From an uncultured SAR86 cluster bacterium (GTDB lineage: Bacteria; Pseudomonadota; Gammaproteobacteria; Magnimaribacterales; D2472), in the NCBI GenBank assembly GCA_902605165.1, contig CACLBJ010000002.1, positions 100,269-164,268 on the forward strand: 64,000 nucleotides of DNA, written 5' to 3'. Position 1 is the stretch's first letter. Each line of letters opens with the position of its first letter. Of this stretch, positions 20,008-29,081 are shown one piece after another. The position numbers and the translations under genes are program-made. The notes under the pieces are model-generated. The model was given only the letters and a program-made list of their open reading frames with translations. It made no database searches and was not told the origin of the DNA.

Positions 20008-20439
20008 CTAGTCTAAAACTGATTCAATTTGATAAAAAGTAAATCCTTTATTAGATAAAAAGTTCTTTTGCTTTTGAAGCATCTGGAAGTCTTTGCTAGG
20101 GCCATCCGGGAATCTTTTTTTGAAAGATAATTCAGCTAAGTTTTCCCAATCATCAAACTTATCGATCTCATTAGAAATGAGTGACTCATTTACACCCCTT
20201 TTCTCAAGCTCTGCTGAAATCTTAATCTGACCAAAGCCCTTTTTTCTTCTTGCCTGAACGTATTCCTCTGCAAATCGAGAATCACTTAAAAGATTCTTTC
20301 CCTCTAATTTATCTAGAGTTAGATTAATACCCTCTTTTGATTCAAAGCGCTTAGTTAATTTTAGAAAAAGTTCCTTACGAGAATGCTCTCTTCTTGATAA
20401 AAGATCTAGTGCTTTGTTATAAATTTCGGCTGGCGCCAT
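20008..20439 (-). CDS. recX: RecA regulator RecX
   Basis: 143 aa. Three-repeat helical RecX pattern (ALDLLSRREHSRKEL..., EYVQARRKKGFG..I..EL..RGV). Confidence 0.75.
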   Translation of the reverse strand: MAPAEIYNKALDLLSRREHSRKELFLKLTKRFESKEGINLTLDKLEGKNLLSDSRFAEEYVQARRKKGFGQIKISAELEKRGVNESLISNEIDKFDDWENLAELSFKKRFPDGPSKDFQMLQKQKNFLSNKGFTFYQIESVLD

Positions 20440-20900
20440 TAGTTATTAAATGGCTGAACTCTACTTCTATAGTTTGATTTAACAACTTTAACTCTTTGTC
20501 CCTCAAAAAAACTATATTTATCTGATACCTCTTGAACAATAGATATGATTTTTTCATTATCAAGCTGTATTGTTAGCTCAATAGCCCTTTTCTCATTAAC
20601 CTTAGACCCTATCTCTGCTCCTACAGCTGATCCAATTAAAGCTCCAATTACACCTGCAGCAACAGGCGCTTTATCATTATCAGAGCCTAAATCACCTCCT
20701 ACAGCAGCTCCAGCAGCCGCCCCAAGGTCTCTATTTCCTTCAATAACTACTGACTCTAGTTGAAGAATTGTTCCTAAAAGAACTGTTTCGATCTCGCCGG
20801 CCTGATATTTTGAAATTGATTCAGGTTTATAATCTGCCATGGAGCAAGCAGTCCCAATAATAAGAATAAATATTAAGTTAATGCTTTTAAGAGTCTTCAT
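20439..20900 (-). CDS. Glycine-zipper outer-membrane lipoprotein (SlyB/Pcp-like)
   Basis: Lipobox LIIGTAC. Gly-zipper segments GAAAGAAVGGDLGS and AAGVIGALIGSAVGAEIGS. Confidence 0.65.
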   Translation of the reverse strand: MKTLKSINLIFILIIGTACSMADYKPESISKYQAGEIETVLLGTILQLESVVIEGNRDLGAAAGAAVGGDLGSDNDKAPVAAGVIGALIGSAVGAEIGSKVNEKRAIELTIQLDNEKIISIVQEVSDKYSFFEGQRVKVVKSNYRSRVQPFNN

Positions 20901-21309
20901 TTTCTTCTTCCTTTTCTTCTAACAAATACTTTTCAGTTAAATCCTCAGCTATTGCATAATAAAATCTGCCCTTATTTCTTCCATCAAGAAGCTTTACTTT
21001 TAAGACTTCATTTGAATAAAGTTTTTCTGTAACTTCAATTTCATATCCTTTTCTTAATCTTACAAGATCCCTTGAATCAACTACTGAAAACACATCCCAA
21101 TCATTAAATATTCTGACCCTATGAGTGTGATACGCATCAGAAGCAATTTGGTAAAGAACCTCCCCCGAACCATTCAGGGATGCACTGCTCCTAACGTTTA
21201 ACTTCCACACTTGACCCACCTCAATTGAATCACTATCTGTAAACGAATTTAGGCTGAGGAATAATGGAAGGGCTAGCAAAAGCTTAGTTAGTTTGATTTT
21301 AGTTTTCAT
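20887..21309 (-). CDS. Hypothetical secreted protein with acidic C-terminus
   Basis: 140 aa with a signal peptide. I recognise no motif. Confidence 0.4.
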   Translation of the reverse strand: MKTKIKLTKLLLALPLFLSLNSFTDSDSIEVGQVWKLNVRSSASLNGSGEVLYQIASDAYHTHRVRIFNDWDVFSVVDSRDLVRLRKGYEIEVTEKLYSNEVLKVKLLDGRNKGRFYYAIAEDLTEKYLLEEKEEENEDS

Positions 21310-21360
21310 ATTTATATAGATAAAAAAAAATTAATTTAGTTCCATTTATTGTAGTTTTTT

Positions 21361-21390
21361 CTTGAAGTTTTGTAATAAAAAATCCACATT
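21361..21390 (+). promoter_or_regulatory. Candidate sigma-32-type heat-shock promoter
   Basis: CTTGAA (21361-21366) is followed by tCCACATtt (21383-21391), compared with the consensus CTTGAAA-N13-17-CCCCATNT. The spacer is at the long end of that range. It would give a 5'UTR of about 110 nt for the Hsp20 gene. Confidence 0.25.
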
Positions 21391-21507
21391 TTTATTGAAT
21401 TTTTGATTTTTAACCATAATTAATAAATTGTAAGTGCCATAAGGGCTTACACAATATTAACCAAGCATGCCTTTTAGGATGCTAATTAGTCGCTAAGGAG
21501 GACTATT

Positions 21508-21954
21508 ATGTTAAATTTTACTGATCCATTTTTCTCAACTAGAGTTCTAGGATTTGAATCCCTTTTTGATAGACTACAAACTCTATCAGAATCTTCTTCA
21601 AGATCGTCATACCCGCCCTACAATATTAGGCGAGAAGGAAATGATATTTTTGTAGAAGTTGCTGTCGCAGGTCTTTCTAAAGAAGATCTAGACATAGAGC
21701 TAGCTGATGGAATTCTATCAATTTCATATGCTGGACCAAATACTCAAGTAGTAAATGGTAGCAATGATCTTATTTATCAAGGGATTGCTCAAAGAGCATT
21801 TCAACAACAATTCACATTATCTGATGATGTGGTTGTAAAAGGTGCTGAACTTATCAATGGACTTCTTACTCTATATTTAGAGAAAATAATTCCAGATGAA
21901 AGAAAGCCTAAAAAAATTGAGATTAAATCACCTAAAAAAATATTAGGTAAATAA
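21508..21954 (+). CDS. Small heat-shock protein, Hsp20/alpha-crystallin family (IbpA-like)
   Basis: 148 aa. YPPYNI..., an alpha-crystallin domain with AVAGLSKEDLDIEL, GLLTLYLEK. A strong SD (AAGGAGGA) precedes the start. Confidence 0.88.
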   Translation: MLNFTDPFFSTRVLGFESLFDRLQTLSESSSRSSYPPYNIRREGNDIFVEVAVAGLSKEDLDIELADGILSISYAGPNTQVVNGSNDLIYQGIAQRAFQQQFTLSDDVVVKGAELINGLLTLYLEKIIPDERKPKKIEIKSPKKILGK

Positions 21955-21964
21955 TAAGTATGAG

Positions 21965-21993
21965 AAAATGGGGCTTAAAGCCCCATTTTTTTA
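21965..21993 (+). terminator. Rho-independent terminator after the Hsp20 gene
   Basis: AAAATGGGGC-ttaaa-GCCCCATTTT forms a perfect 10-bp stem followed by a T run. Confidence 0.8.
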
Positions 21994-22000
21994 ATTCAAT

Positions 22001-23953
22001 ATGAATAAAATTATCTTTTCAATATTACTGTTCTTTTCTTTTTTTGGCTCTGCTGATCCAGTTGATACTGGTCATGCCAGAATCAGCTTAATTAAAGATC
22101 ATAGTGATTTTGTTCCTGGAACTTCTATAAACATCGGCTTAAAAGTTTCAATGGATAAGGGCTGGCATACATATTGGAAGAATCCTGGAGATTCAGGAGG
22201 GCCGATAGAGGTTGACTGGGACTTGCCAGAAGGCTTTAGTGTTAGTGATATTAAGTGGCCTCTTCCGGAAAAGATTGAGTACCCTCCTTTAATGACCTAC
22301 GGGTATGAAGATTTTGTTATTTATCCAATGGTTTTATCAATTCCTGCTGATTATTCAAATGATTATTTTGAAATGACTGCTGATATTCTTATTTGCGCAG
22401 ATGTATGTATTCCTGAATCAGGGAAAATATCTTCAAACTTGTTAGATATTGAAAGTGATTCATTAATATATGAATGGTTAGAATCTATTCCATCAAAGTC
22501 TATACCAATTAAAACCTCTCTTGCTGATGATAATTTAGAAATAAGATTCACTTTTGAAAAAGAAATCAAAGAAATTTATTTCTTTCCGGATAAAAATAAT
22601 TCAATAGATTATTCCTCAAAACAAAATTTTTATAAAAAGGATGATAGTTACTTTCTTTCTATAAAACTTTTTAATGATGAGATACAAAATGTTTCTGGTG
22701 TGCTGGATATAGACGGATATGGTTATAACGTTTCTAATGGAATGCTTGAGGATGCAAATAAGGAAGGTCTTTCGCTTTTCACTGCATTGATATTCGCGTT
22801 GCTTGGAGGTTTAATTCTTAACTTAATGCCCTGTGTATTCCCAGTTATTTCTCTCAAAGTACTAAGCTTTGTTTCAATGGGAGGAAGCTCACCAAGGAAA
22901 ATCCGTAATCATGCTCTGGTTTTTACATCAGGTGTTATCGCTTCCTTCATGTTGATAGCCTTAGCAATTGTTTTATTGAAGCAGGCTGGAAATTTTGTTG
23001 GATGGGGTTTTCAGCTCCAATCACCTCTTATAGTTGGAATGCTAAGCATGATAATGGTTTTCATTGCATTGATCCTTATCACCGATAATAGTTTTGGAGA
23101 ATCTCTTACAAAGCTCGGCAACATTGAGACCAGCAAAAATGGCTACTACTCTTCATTTTTAACAGGTGTATTAGCTGTTGTTGTTGCATCTCCATGCACT
23201 GCTCCTTTTATGGGAGCTGCTCTTGGATATGCCCTAATACAGCCATCAGGCGAAACTATTCCAATATTCCTATCATTGTCACTAGGATTTTCACTACCCT
23301 ACTTACTTTTAGCAGCAAATCCAAAATTAATTGATTTCTTGCCAAAGCCAGGTAGTTGGATGGTAACTCTAAAAGAATTCTTTGCATTTCCAATGCTAGC
23401 TACAGCATTATGGTTACTTTGGGTGTTTTCTCTGCAGGTTAATCAAGTCCTTGTAATTTTCTTATTGATTGGTTGGTTATTATTAGCACTAAACTTTTGG
23501 GTCTTTCAAAAAAACTACAAGACGATAAACAAGATTATATTTCTTGGTATATCAATTTTTACTATTATCTTTTTCCTTCCAGAAGATGACAATGTTGAGA
23601 CTAAGCAAAATATAATAATTGGTTCTGCTACCGAGTGGTATGAAGGTATTGAAGATGATCTAAGAAATAAAAATCAACCTTACTTTATAAACTTCACAGC
23701 TGCTTGGTGCATCACTTGTCAAAGTAATGAAATAACAGCCTTTTCTAAAGATAATTTTAAAAGTCTTTTGGAAGAAAAGAATATCGAATATATTAAAGCT
23801 GACTGGACTAATAGAAACGATGCTATAACAAGATCTTTAAAAAAATATGGGAGATCAGGTGTGCCTTTCTATGTTTATTGGGAGCCTGGTTTCGAAAATC
23901 CAAAAATTTTGCCTGCAATTCTAACAGATCAAATCATTAAAAATAATATCTAA
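22001..23953 (+). CDS. dsbD: Thiol:disulfide interchange protein DsbD (protein-disulfide reductase)
   Basis: 650 aa. Signal peptide, a periplasmic N-domain, a multi-TM core with LMPCVFPV and SPCTAPF, and a C-terminal thioredoxin domain with WCITC. Confidence 0.85.
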   Translation: MNKIIFSILLFFSFFGSADPVDTGHARISLIKDHSDFVPGTSINIGLKVSMDKGWHTYWKNPGDSGGPIEVDWDLPEGFSVSDIKWPLPEKIEYPPLMTYGYEDFVIYPMVLSIPADYSNDYFEMTADILICADVCIPESGKISSNLLDIESDSLIYEWLESIPSKSIPIKTSLADDNLEIRFTFEKEIKEIYFFPDKNNSIDYSSKQNFYKKDDSYFLSIKLFNDEIQNVSGVLDIDGYGYNVSNGMLEDANKEGLSLFTALIFALLGGLILNLMPCVFPVISLKVLSFVSMGGSSPRKIRNHALVFTSGVIASFMLIALAIVLLKQAGNFVGWGFQLQSPLIVGMLSMIMVFIALILITDNSFGESLTKLGNIETSKNGYYSSFLTGVLAVVVASPCTAPFMGAALGYALIQPSGETIPIFLSLSLGFSLPYLLLAANPKLIDFLPKPGSWMVTLKEFFAFPMLATALWLLWVFSLQVNQVLVIFLLIGWLLLALNFWVFQKNYKTINKIIFLGISIFTIIFFLPEDDNVETKQNIIIGSATEWYEGIEDDLRNKNQPYFINFTAAWCITCQSNEITAFSKDNFKSLLEEKNIEYIKADWTNRNDAITRSLKKYGRSGVPFYVYWEPGFENPKILPAILTDQIIKNNI

Positions 23954-24519
23954 AATATATACTTAGCCCATTCGCTATCTGGAAAAGTGTTCTCATCTAT
24001 TTTGTGTCCATTTAGTAGATGTGAAAAACTAGGTTTAAATGGTTCCCTAATTGGCTTCTGTAGAGTTGATCCTTTTGCAGAATTGCATGATTTACAAGAC
24101 GTAACAACATTTTCCCAATTAGTTGGTCCATTTTTAGATTTTGGAATTACGTGATCAAGAGTTAATTCATTCCTAGAAAAGATATTTTGGCAATATTGGC
24201 ATGTATAGATGTCCCTTAAAAAAACATTTGATCTTGAAAACCTTACATAATTATGGAATTTATGAAATCTTTTAAGCATAAGAATGCTTGGAAGCTCAAT
24301 TGAAATTGATGGTGATCTCACATACTGGTCATCATATGATTTTATTAAAATAACATTTCTTGCAAGTAAAAGCTTTATGGCTGTTTTCCAATTTATAACG
24401 GAAAGCGGAAAAAAGCTTACTGGTTTTCCGTTCCCATTGAGAAGAAGACAATCTTGTGACAATTTTTTTCCTATATGTAAAATGAGTTTAAAAATACTAT
24501 AATTGTCCATAGGAACCAA
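23950..24519 (-). CDS. HNH endonuclease family protein (stand-alone)
   Basis: CQYC...LTLDHVIPKSKNGPTNWENVVTSCKSCNSAKG is an HNH/ββα-Me motif with a Cys4 zinc site. The start may be MDNYS at 24510. Confidence 0.8.
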   Translation of the reverse strand: MVPMDNYSIFKLILHIGKKLSQDCLLLNGNGKPVSFFPLSVINWKTAIKLLLARNVILIKSYDDQYVRSPSISIELPSILMLKRFHKFHNYVRFSRSNVFLRDIYTCQYCQNIFSRNELTLDHVIPKSKNGPTNWENVVTSCKSCNSAKGSTLQKPIREPFKPSFSHLLNGHKIDENTFPDSEWAKYIF

Positions 24520-24552
24520 TTCAATACTTTTTGTTAAAGTTTGGGGGAGAAT

Positions 24553-25254
24553 ATGGAAGGACCACAGTTTATTTTATTTGGAACAACGCACATAGTAAGT
24601 CTTGCATTTATTTTTGCCGTTATGATTGCCTTTCCAAAAATTATTAATAACTATTTGCCTGCAAAAAAAGAATTAATTGGAAGGATTATTGGATACCTAG
24701 CGATTTTTCATACTTTCTTTTCTCCATATAGCGATCTTTATCTTGTTGTTGAGCCTTATAGCTGGAAGGAAGTACTACCATTCCATATGTGTGACTTTTC
24801 ACTAATCTTTATTGCAATTTATCTTCTTGGAGGAAGCAAGTTCTTTTTTAATTGTGCATTCTTTTGGGGAATTGCCGGGGCAACAATGGCGCTTCTAACT
24901 CCAGATATTCCTTATGGTTTCCCAAGTATGAATTTCCTTATGTTCTTCTATGGCCATGGTTTAATTCTTTTTGGTGTTTTTTATGCAGTTATTGCTATGA
25001 ATCAAAGACCATACTTCAATGAAATGAACAGAGTTATAGCATTTACCTTACTTTTGGCTATCCCAATATACTTCATCAATATTATTCTTGGTGAGCCTGC
25101 TAACTTTTGGTATCTAGCTGGTAAACCAGCTGGCGGAAGTATAATGGACTTTATGCCTGATCCACCTATGCATATTGTATATACTCTTCCAATTGCACTT
25201 GCTGCATTTTACTTGGTCTATCTTCCTTATTTTATTAAAGATAAGGTCAAATAA
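24553..25254 (+). CDS. Integral membrane protein, TIGR02206/YwaF-like
   Basis: About 233 aa with 7 TM. The family resemblance (FGTTHI..., HMCD) is by eye. The ATG at 24553 is preferred over the upstream TTG. Confidence 0.5.
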   Translation: MEGPQFILFGTTHIVSLAFIFAVMIAFPKIINNYLPAKKELIGRIIGYLAIFHTFFSPYSDLYLVVEPYSWKEVLPFHMCDFSLIFIAIYLLGGSKFFFNCAFFWGIAGATMALLTPDIPYGFPSMNFLMFFYGHGLILFGVFYAVIAMNQRPYFNEMNRVIAFTLLLAIPIYFINIILGEPANFWYLAGKPAGGSIMDFMPDPPMHIVYTLPIALAAFYLVYLPYFIKDKVK

Positions 25255-25257
25255 TAG

Positions 25258-26238
25258 TTGTTAGAACTTAAAAAAGAACTTGGAAAAATTCAAGATTCCT
25301 TTTCTAGGATTTCCGAGATTATTTACCAAACTCCTGTTCTTTCCAGTATAAGCATAAACAAAGCCTTAAATGTTGATATAACCTTCAAGGCTGAGTGCCT
25401 TCAAGAAACAGGTTCGTTTAAATTAAGAGGGGCTTCTTCAGCCATATCAGCACTCTCTGAAGAAGAAAAATCTAGAGGAGTAGTTGCTTTCTCATCAGGT
25501 AATCATGCTCAAGGGATTGCATATGCATCAAGAGAACTCGGGACTACTGCAAAAATTGTTATGCCATCTGATGCGCCAAAAGTAAAAATACTCAAGACAC
25601 AAGAGTATGGTGCAGAGGTTGTTTTTTATGATAGAGATAAGGATAACAGAGAAGAAATTGGATCTAACATTGCCTTGGAAGAAGGTAGAAAGCTTATAAA
25701 ACCTTTCGATGATTTGAATGTAATATATGGTCAAGGAACTGCTGCTCTGGAAGTAATGGATGAGGTAGAAACGGAATTTGATATGTCAGTTGTTTGTTGC
25801 AGCGGTGGAGGCTTAGCTGCGGGCACAGGAATTGTTTTGAAAAATAGCTTACGTAATTGTCAACTTTATACTGCCGAACCAAAAGACTGGAATGATCATG
25901 AAAAATCATTCATACAAAAAAATATAGTCTCAATTAAAGGTGAAAAACATGGTATTTGTGATGCGCTTGAAAACCCACAACCTGGAGAAATTACTTTCAG
26001 AATAAATTCTGCTCTGAATACTAAAGGTCTTTCAGCAAATGATAAATATATTATTGAAGCTATGAGGATTCTCTATGATGAATTTGATCTAATTGTTGAG
26101 CCCAGTGGAGCTATTGGCTTGGCTTGCATACTTCAAAATAAAGAGATTTGTCAAAATAAAAAAGTGCTCACTATTCTGTCAGGTGGAAATATAGATGCAA
26201 ATAGATACAATGAGCTTTTAGGTATAGATGATGGATAA
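25258..26238 (+). CDS. PLP-dependent serine/threonine dehydratase (fold-type II, serine-racemase-like)
   Basis: 326 aa. The PLP lysine sits in ETGSFKLRGA. Also SSGNHAQG and a GGGL glycine loop. There is no ACT regulatory domain. Confidence 0.8.
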   Translation: MLELKKELGKIQDSFSRISEIIYQTPVLSSISINKALNVDITFKAECLQETGSFKLRGASSAISALSEEEKSRGVVAFSSGNHAQGIAYASRELGTTAKIVMPSDAPKVKILKTQEYGAEVVFYDRDKDNREEIGSNIALEEGRKLIKPFDDLNVIYGQGTAALEVMDEVETEFDMSVVCCSGGGLAAGTGIVLKNSLRNCQLYTAEPKDWNDHEKSFIQKNIVSIKGEKHGICDALENPQPGEITFRINSALNTKGLSANDKYIIEAMRILYDEFDLIVEPSGAIGLACILQNKEICQNKKVLTILSGGNIDANRYNELLGIDDG

Positions 26239-27325
26239 CTTTTTAACAATTTTAAATGAAGTTTGGATAAACGGTTTACTTGGCGTAAGTATGACCAAAA
26301 TTATTGTTTCTATTGCCGTCTTATTATTATCTTTTCTTCTCAGAGGCTTTGTTGTTAATGTCGTTATTTCGTCTATAGAAAAGCTTGCAAAAAGCACAGA
26401 ATCTAAGTTAGATGACGAAATCTTAAAAGCAGTAAAAAAACCTCTAAGCTATGTTCCTGTAACTATTGGTATATACGTAGTAACAATGATTTTGCCTCTC
26501 GAGGGTGTTGCTGGCGATATATCTTCAAATATTGTTAAAGCTTTAATTATTTTTACAATATTCTCTGCATTGGCAAACTCGATACATCCCGTATTTACAG
26601 CCATGTCATCAACTTCTTGGCTAACAGAGTCAATGCAAATATGGTTAGAAAGATCTTCAAGGGTAATAATTTGGATTATTGGTATTGCCATAATTCTAGA
26701 ACTTTTTGGAATTCAAATTGGTCCTTTGGTAGCTGGTTTAGGTTTATTCTCAGTTGCAGTTGCTCTTGGAGCTCAAGACTTTTTTAAAAACCTAATTTCA
26801 GGAATCTTAATTATTGGAGAGAACAGATTCCAGCCTGGAGATAGAATTGAAGTTCCAGGACAGCTTCATGGAGTTGTTGATACTATAGGTTTTCGTTCAA
26901 CAATTATTAAAACTTTTGATACAGCTCCAATGATAATTCCAAACAAAGATTTGTCTGATATGAGGCTAATTAACCATGGCAACATGGAATATAGAAGAAT
27001 TAATTGGGTAATAAATCTAATTTATTCAACCTCTCTAGAGGATTTAGAAAAGATTTGTGATCAGATCTCCGGTCATATTAAAGAATCTGATGACTTTGTA
27101 GATAATCCTAATCAAGAACATCTTGTAACAATTAATGAGCTTGGTGCAAGCTCAATAGATGTTGGCGTAATCTGCTATTCAGATGTTTGTGGCTTTTCCG
27201 ACTTCAAAAAGATTAAGCATAGGTTGATTAAAAATATAATTAAAATTGTCGAATCCAATAATTCGGAATTTGCATATCCATCTTCATCCATTTTTGTAGA
27301 GTCTCTGCCTAAGAATAGTGAATGA
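26228..27325 (+). CDS. Mechanosensitive ion channel, MscS family
   Basis: 365 aa. TM helices are followed by the conserved GAQDFFKNLISGILII...F..GD.I pore/beta-domain signature. Confidence 0.8.
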   Translation: MMDNFLTILNEVWINGLLGVSMTKIIVSIAVLLLSFLLRGFVVNVVISSIEKLAKSTESKLDDEILKAVKKPLSYVPVTIGIYVVTMILPLEGVAGDISSNIVKALIIFTIFSALANSIHPVFTAMSSTSWLTESMQIWLERSSRVIIWIIGIAIILELFGIQIGPLVAGLGLFSVAVALGAQDFFKNLISGILIIGENRFQPGDRIEVPGQLHGVVDTIGFRSTIIKTFDTAPMIIPNKDLSDMRLINHGNMEYRRINWVINLIYSTSLEDLEKICDQISGHIKESDDFVDNPNQEHLVTINELGASSIDVGVICYSDVCGFSDFKKIKHRLIKNIIKIVESNNSEFAYPSSSIFVESLPKNSE

Positions 27326-29081
27326 TCAATTAATTCTGTCCATTGTAATAATTGGACTTTTAGTCTTTTTTATTTCAGGTAAATATAGATATGACTATGT
27401 ATCTCTTGGCGCCTTAGCTCTGCTAATACTTTTTGATATTATAAAAATTGAAAATGCTTTTATTGGCTTTTCTCATCCAGCAGTTATAACAGTTGCATTA
27501 GTTTTACTTATAAGTAAAGGTCTTCAAGATGCTGGTTTATCAGCTGTTACAGGAAATATTATTGGAAGATTTTCTCCAAGCGAGACACAGTTTTTATTTC
27601 TTATAATGTTCATTGCAGCCATCCTTTCTTCATTCATTAATAATATTGGTGCAATGGCACTTCTGCTTCCAATCACTCTATCAACTTGTCAAAAAATGGG
27701 ATGGCATGCCGGAAAATTTCTTATGCCTCTTGCGTTTGCTTCAATTTTAGGAGGAATGAATACACTTATTGGCACACCTCCAAATATTATCATTGCTGAA
27801 TTTAAAGAAAGCTATACTGGGGAAGCATTTAATTTCTTTGATTTCTCTTATGTGGGTTTACTTGTAAGCTTTTTAAGCATAATTTTTATTGGTTTAATAA
27901 GCAGCAAACTCGTTGCAAAAAGAAAACTTGCAAAAACAAATAATCTAATAGACCTAGATAACTTCTTATTTGAGCTAGTTGTTCCAGAGGGGAGCAATGC
28001 AATTGGGCTAACATTCTCAAGCTTTATTAAAAAAGCCGGAAATGAAACCGAAATCCTTGGACTTGTTAATGAAAAAGGAGCTGTATCTAAAGTTGGAAAT
28101 AATTCAAAAATAAGAGTTGATCAACACTTGGTAATGAAAGTTTCACCTAATCTTATCTCATCTATTCAGGACAGGTTTGGCCTGAAGATTGCTGAGACTT
28201 CTCATAATCTCAAAGAGGAGTTAATTGATGAAATAGAAGTAGTTATTACTCCAGGATCTAGACTTGTTGGAAGAAAGCAGAATTATTTAATGAAACTAGC
28301 ATATGAGGAATTATTTTTGCTTGGTATGTGGAGAAAGGGTGCCAGATTTAGAACCAGACTCTCCAAGCAAATGTTTAAAGTTGGAGACGTTTTGCTTTTA
28401 GGGGTTAGAGACCCAGATAAGGAGGATGTCTCTGCAAAAATAAATCATCTTGGTCTAATGCCAATTAGATCAAGAGAGATATCGACTCTTCCTAGCAGAA
28501 GTAGGTTTTTAAAGGCAGTAATTTTCTTTACAAGTGCTATTTTACTTACTGCCTTCAATGTAATTAATGTTCTTACAGCCTTCCTTTTGTGCGTATTAGG
28601 GTTTGTGGGTATAAAGATACTTAAAAGCAACCTCTATAGGCATATTGAGTGGCCAATTGTTATTATGCTTGCAGCAATGATTCCAATTGGACAAGCATTG
28701 GAATCAACTGGTATTACTGAAATGATAGCAGGAGGAGTTGTATTTTTAGCTGGAGACCTTCATGTCTTTTGGCTCTTGATGATCATTCTAGTAATAACGA
28801 TGTTGATAACTGATGTAATTAATAATGCTGCAACAGCAGTAATAATGGCTCCATTCTCTGTAAATATAGCCGTTCAATTGGGGCAGCCTTTAGAGCCATT
28901 TCTCATGGTGGTTGCAGTTGGAGCAAGTTGTGCTTTCTTAACGCCTATTGGTCACCAATGTAATACTTTGGTAATGGGTCCAGGTAATTATAAGTTCTCT
29001 GACTACTGGAGGCTTGGGTTACCGATAGACATCCTTATAGTGTTAACTTCAATACCAATGATACTTTTTGTTTGGCTTTAA
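27318..29081 (+). CDS. SLC13/DASS-family permease with central TrkA-C (RCK_C) domains
   Basis: 587 aa. Two multi-TM halves flank a soluble region of about 170 aa with two RCK_C-like repeats, the typical architecture of this family. Confidence 0.7.
   Translation: MNDQLILSIVIIGLLVFFISGKYRYDYVSLGALALLILFDIIKIENAFIGFSHPAVITVALVLLISKGLQDAGLSAVTGNIIGRFSPSETQFLFLIMFIAAILSSFINNIGAMALLLPITLSTCQKMGWHAGKFLMPLAFASILGGMNTLIGTPPNIIIAEFKESYTGEAFNFFDFSYVGLLVSFLSIIFIGLISSKLVAKRKLAKTNNLIDLDNFLFELVVPEGSNAIGLTFSSFIKKAGNETEILGLVNEKGAVSKVGNNSKIRVDQHLVMKVSPNLISSIQDRFGLKIAETSHNLKEELIDEIEVVITPGSRLVGRKQNYLMKLAYEELFLLGMWRKGARFRTRLSKQMFKVGDVLLLGVRDPDKEDVSAKINHLGLMPIRSREISTLPSRSRFLKAVIFFTSAILLTAFNVINVLTAFLLCVLGFVGIKILKSNLYRHIEWPIVIMLAAMIPIGQALESTGITEMIAGGVVFLAGDLHVFWLLMIILVITMLITDVINNAATAVIMAPFSVNIAVQLGQPLEPFLMVVAVGASCAFLTPIGHQCNTLVMGPGNYKFSDYWRLGLPIDILIVLTSIPMILFVWL

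Noticed and set aside
21490-21502. UCGCU just upstream of the Hsp20 SD as a canonical ROSE thermometer element (U(U/C)GCU)
   Set aside because: The motif is directly adjacent to the SD, only 2 nt away, so it cannot fold back on it as in ROSE hairpins. The fourU-like pairing is the better candidate.
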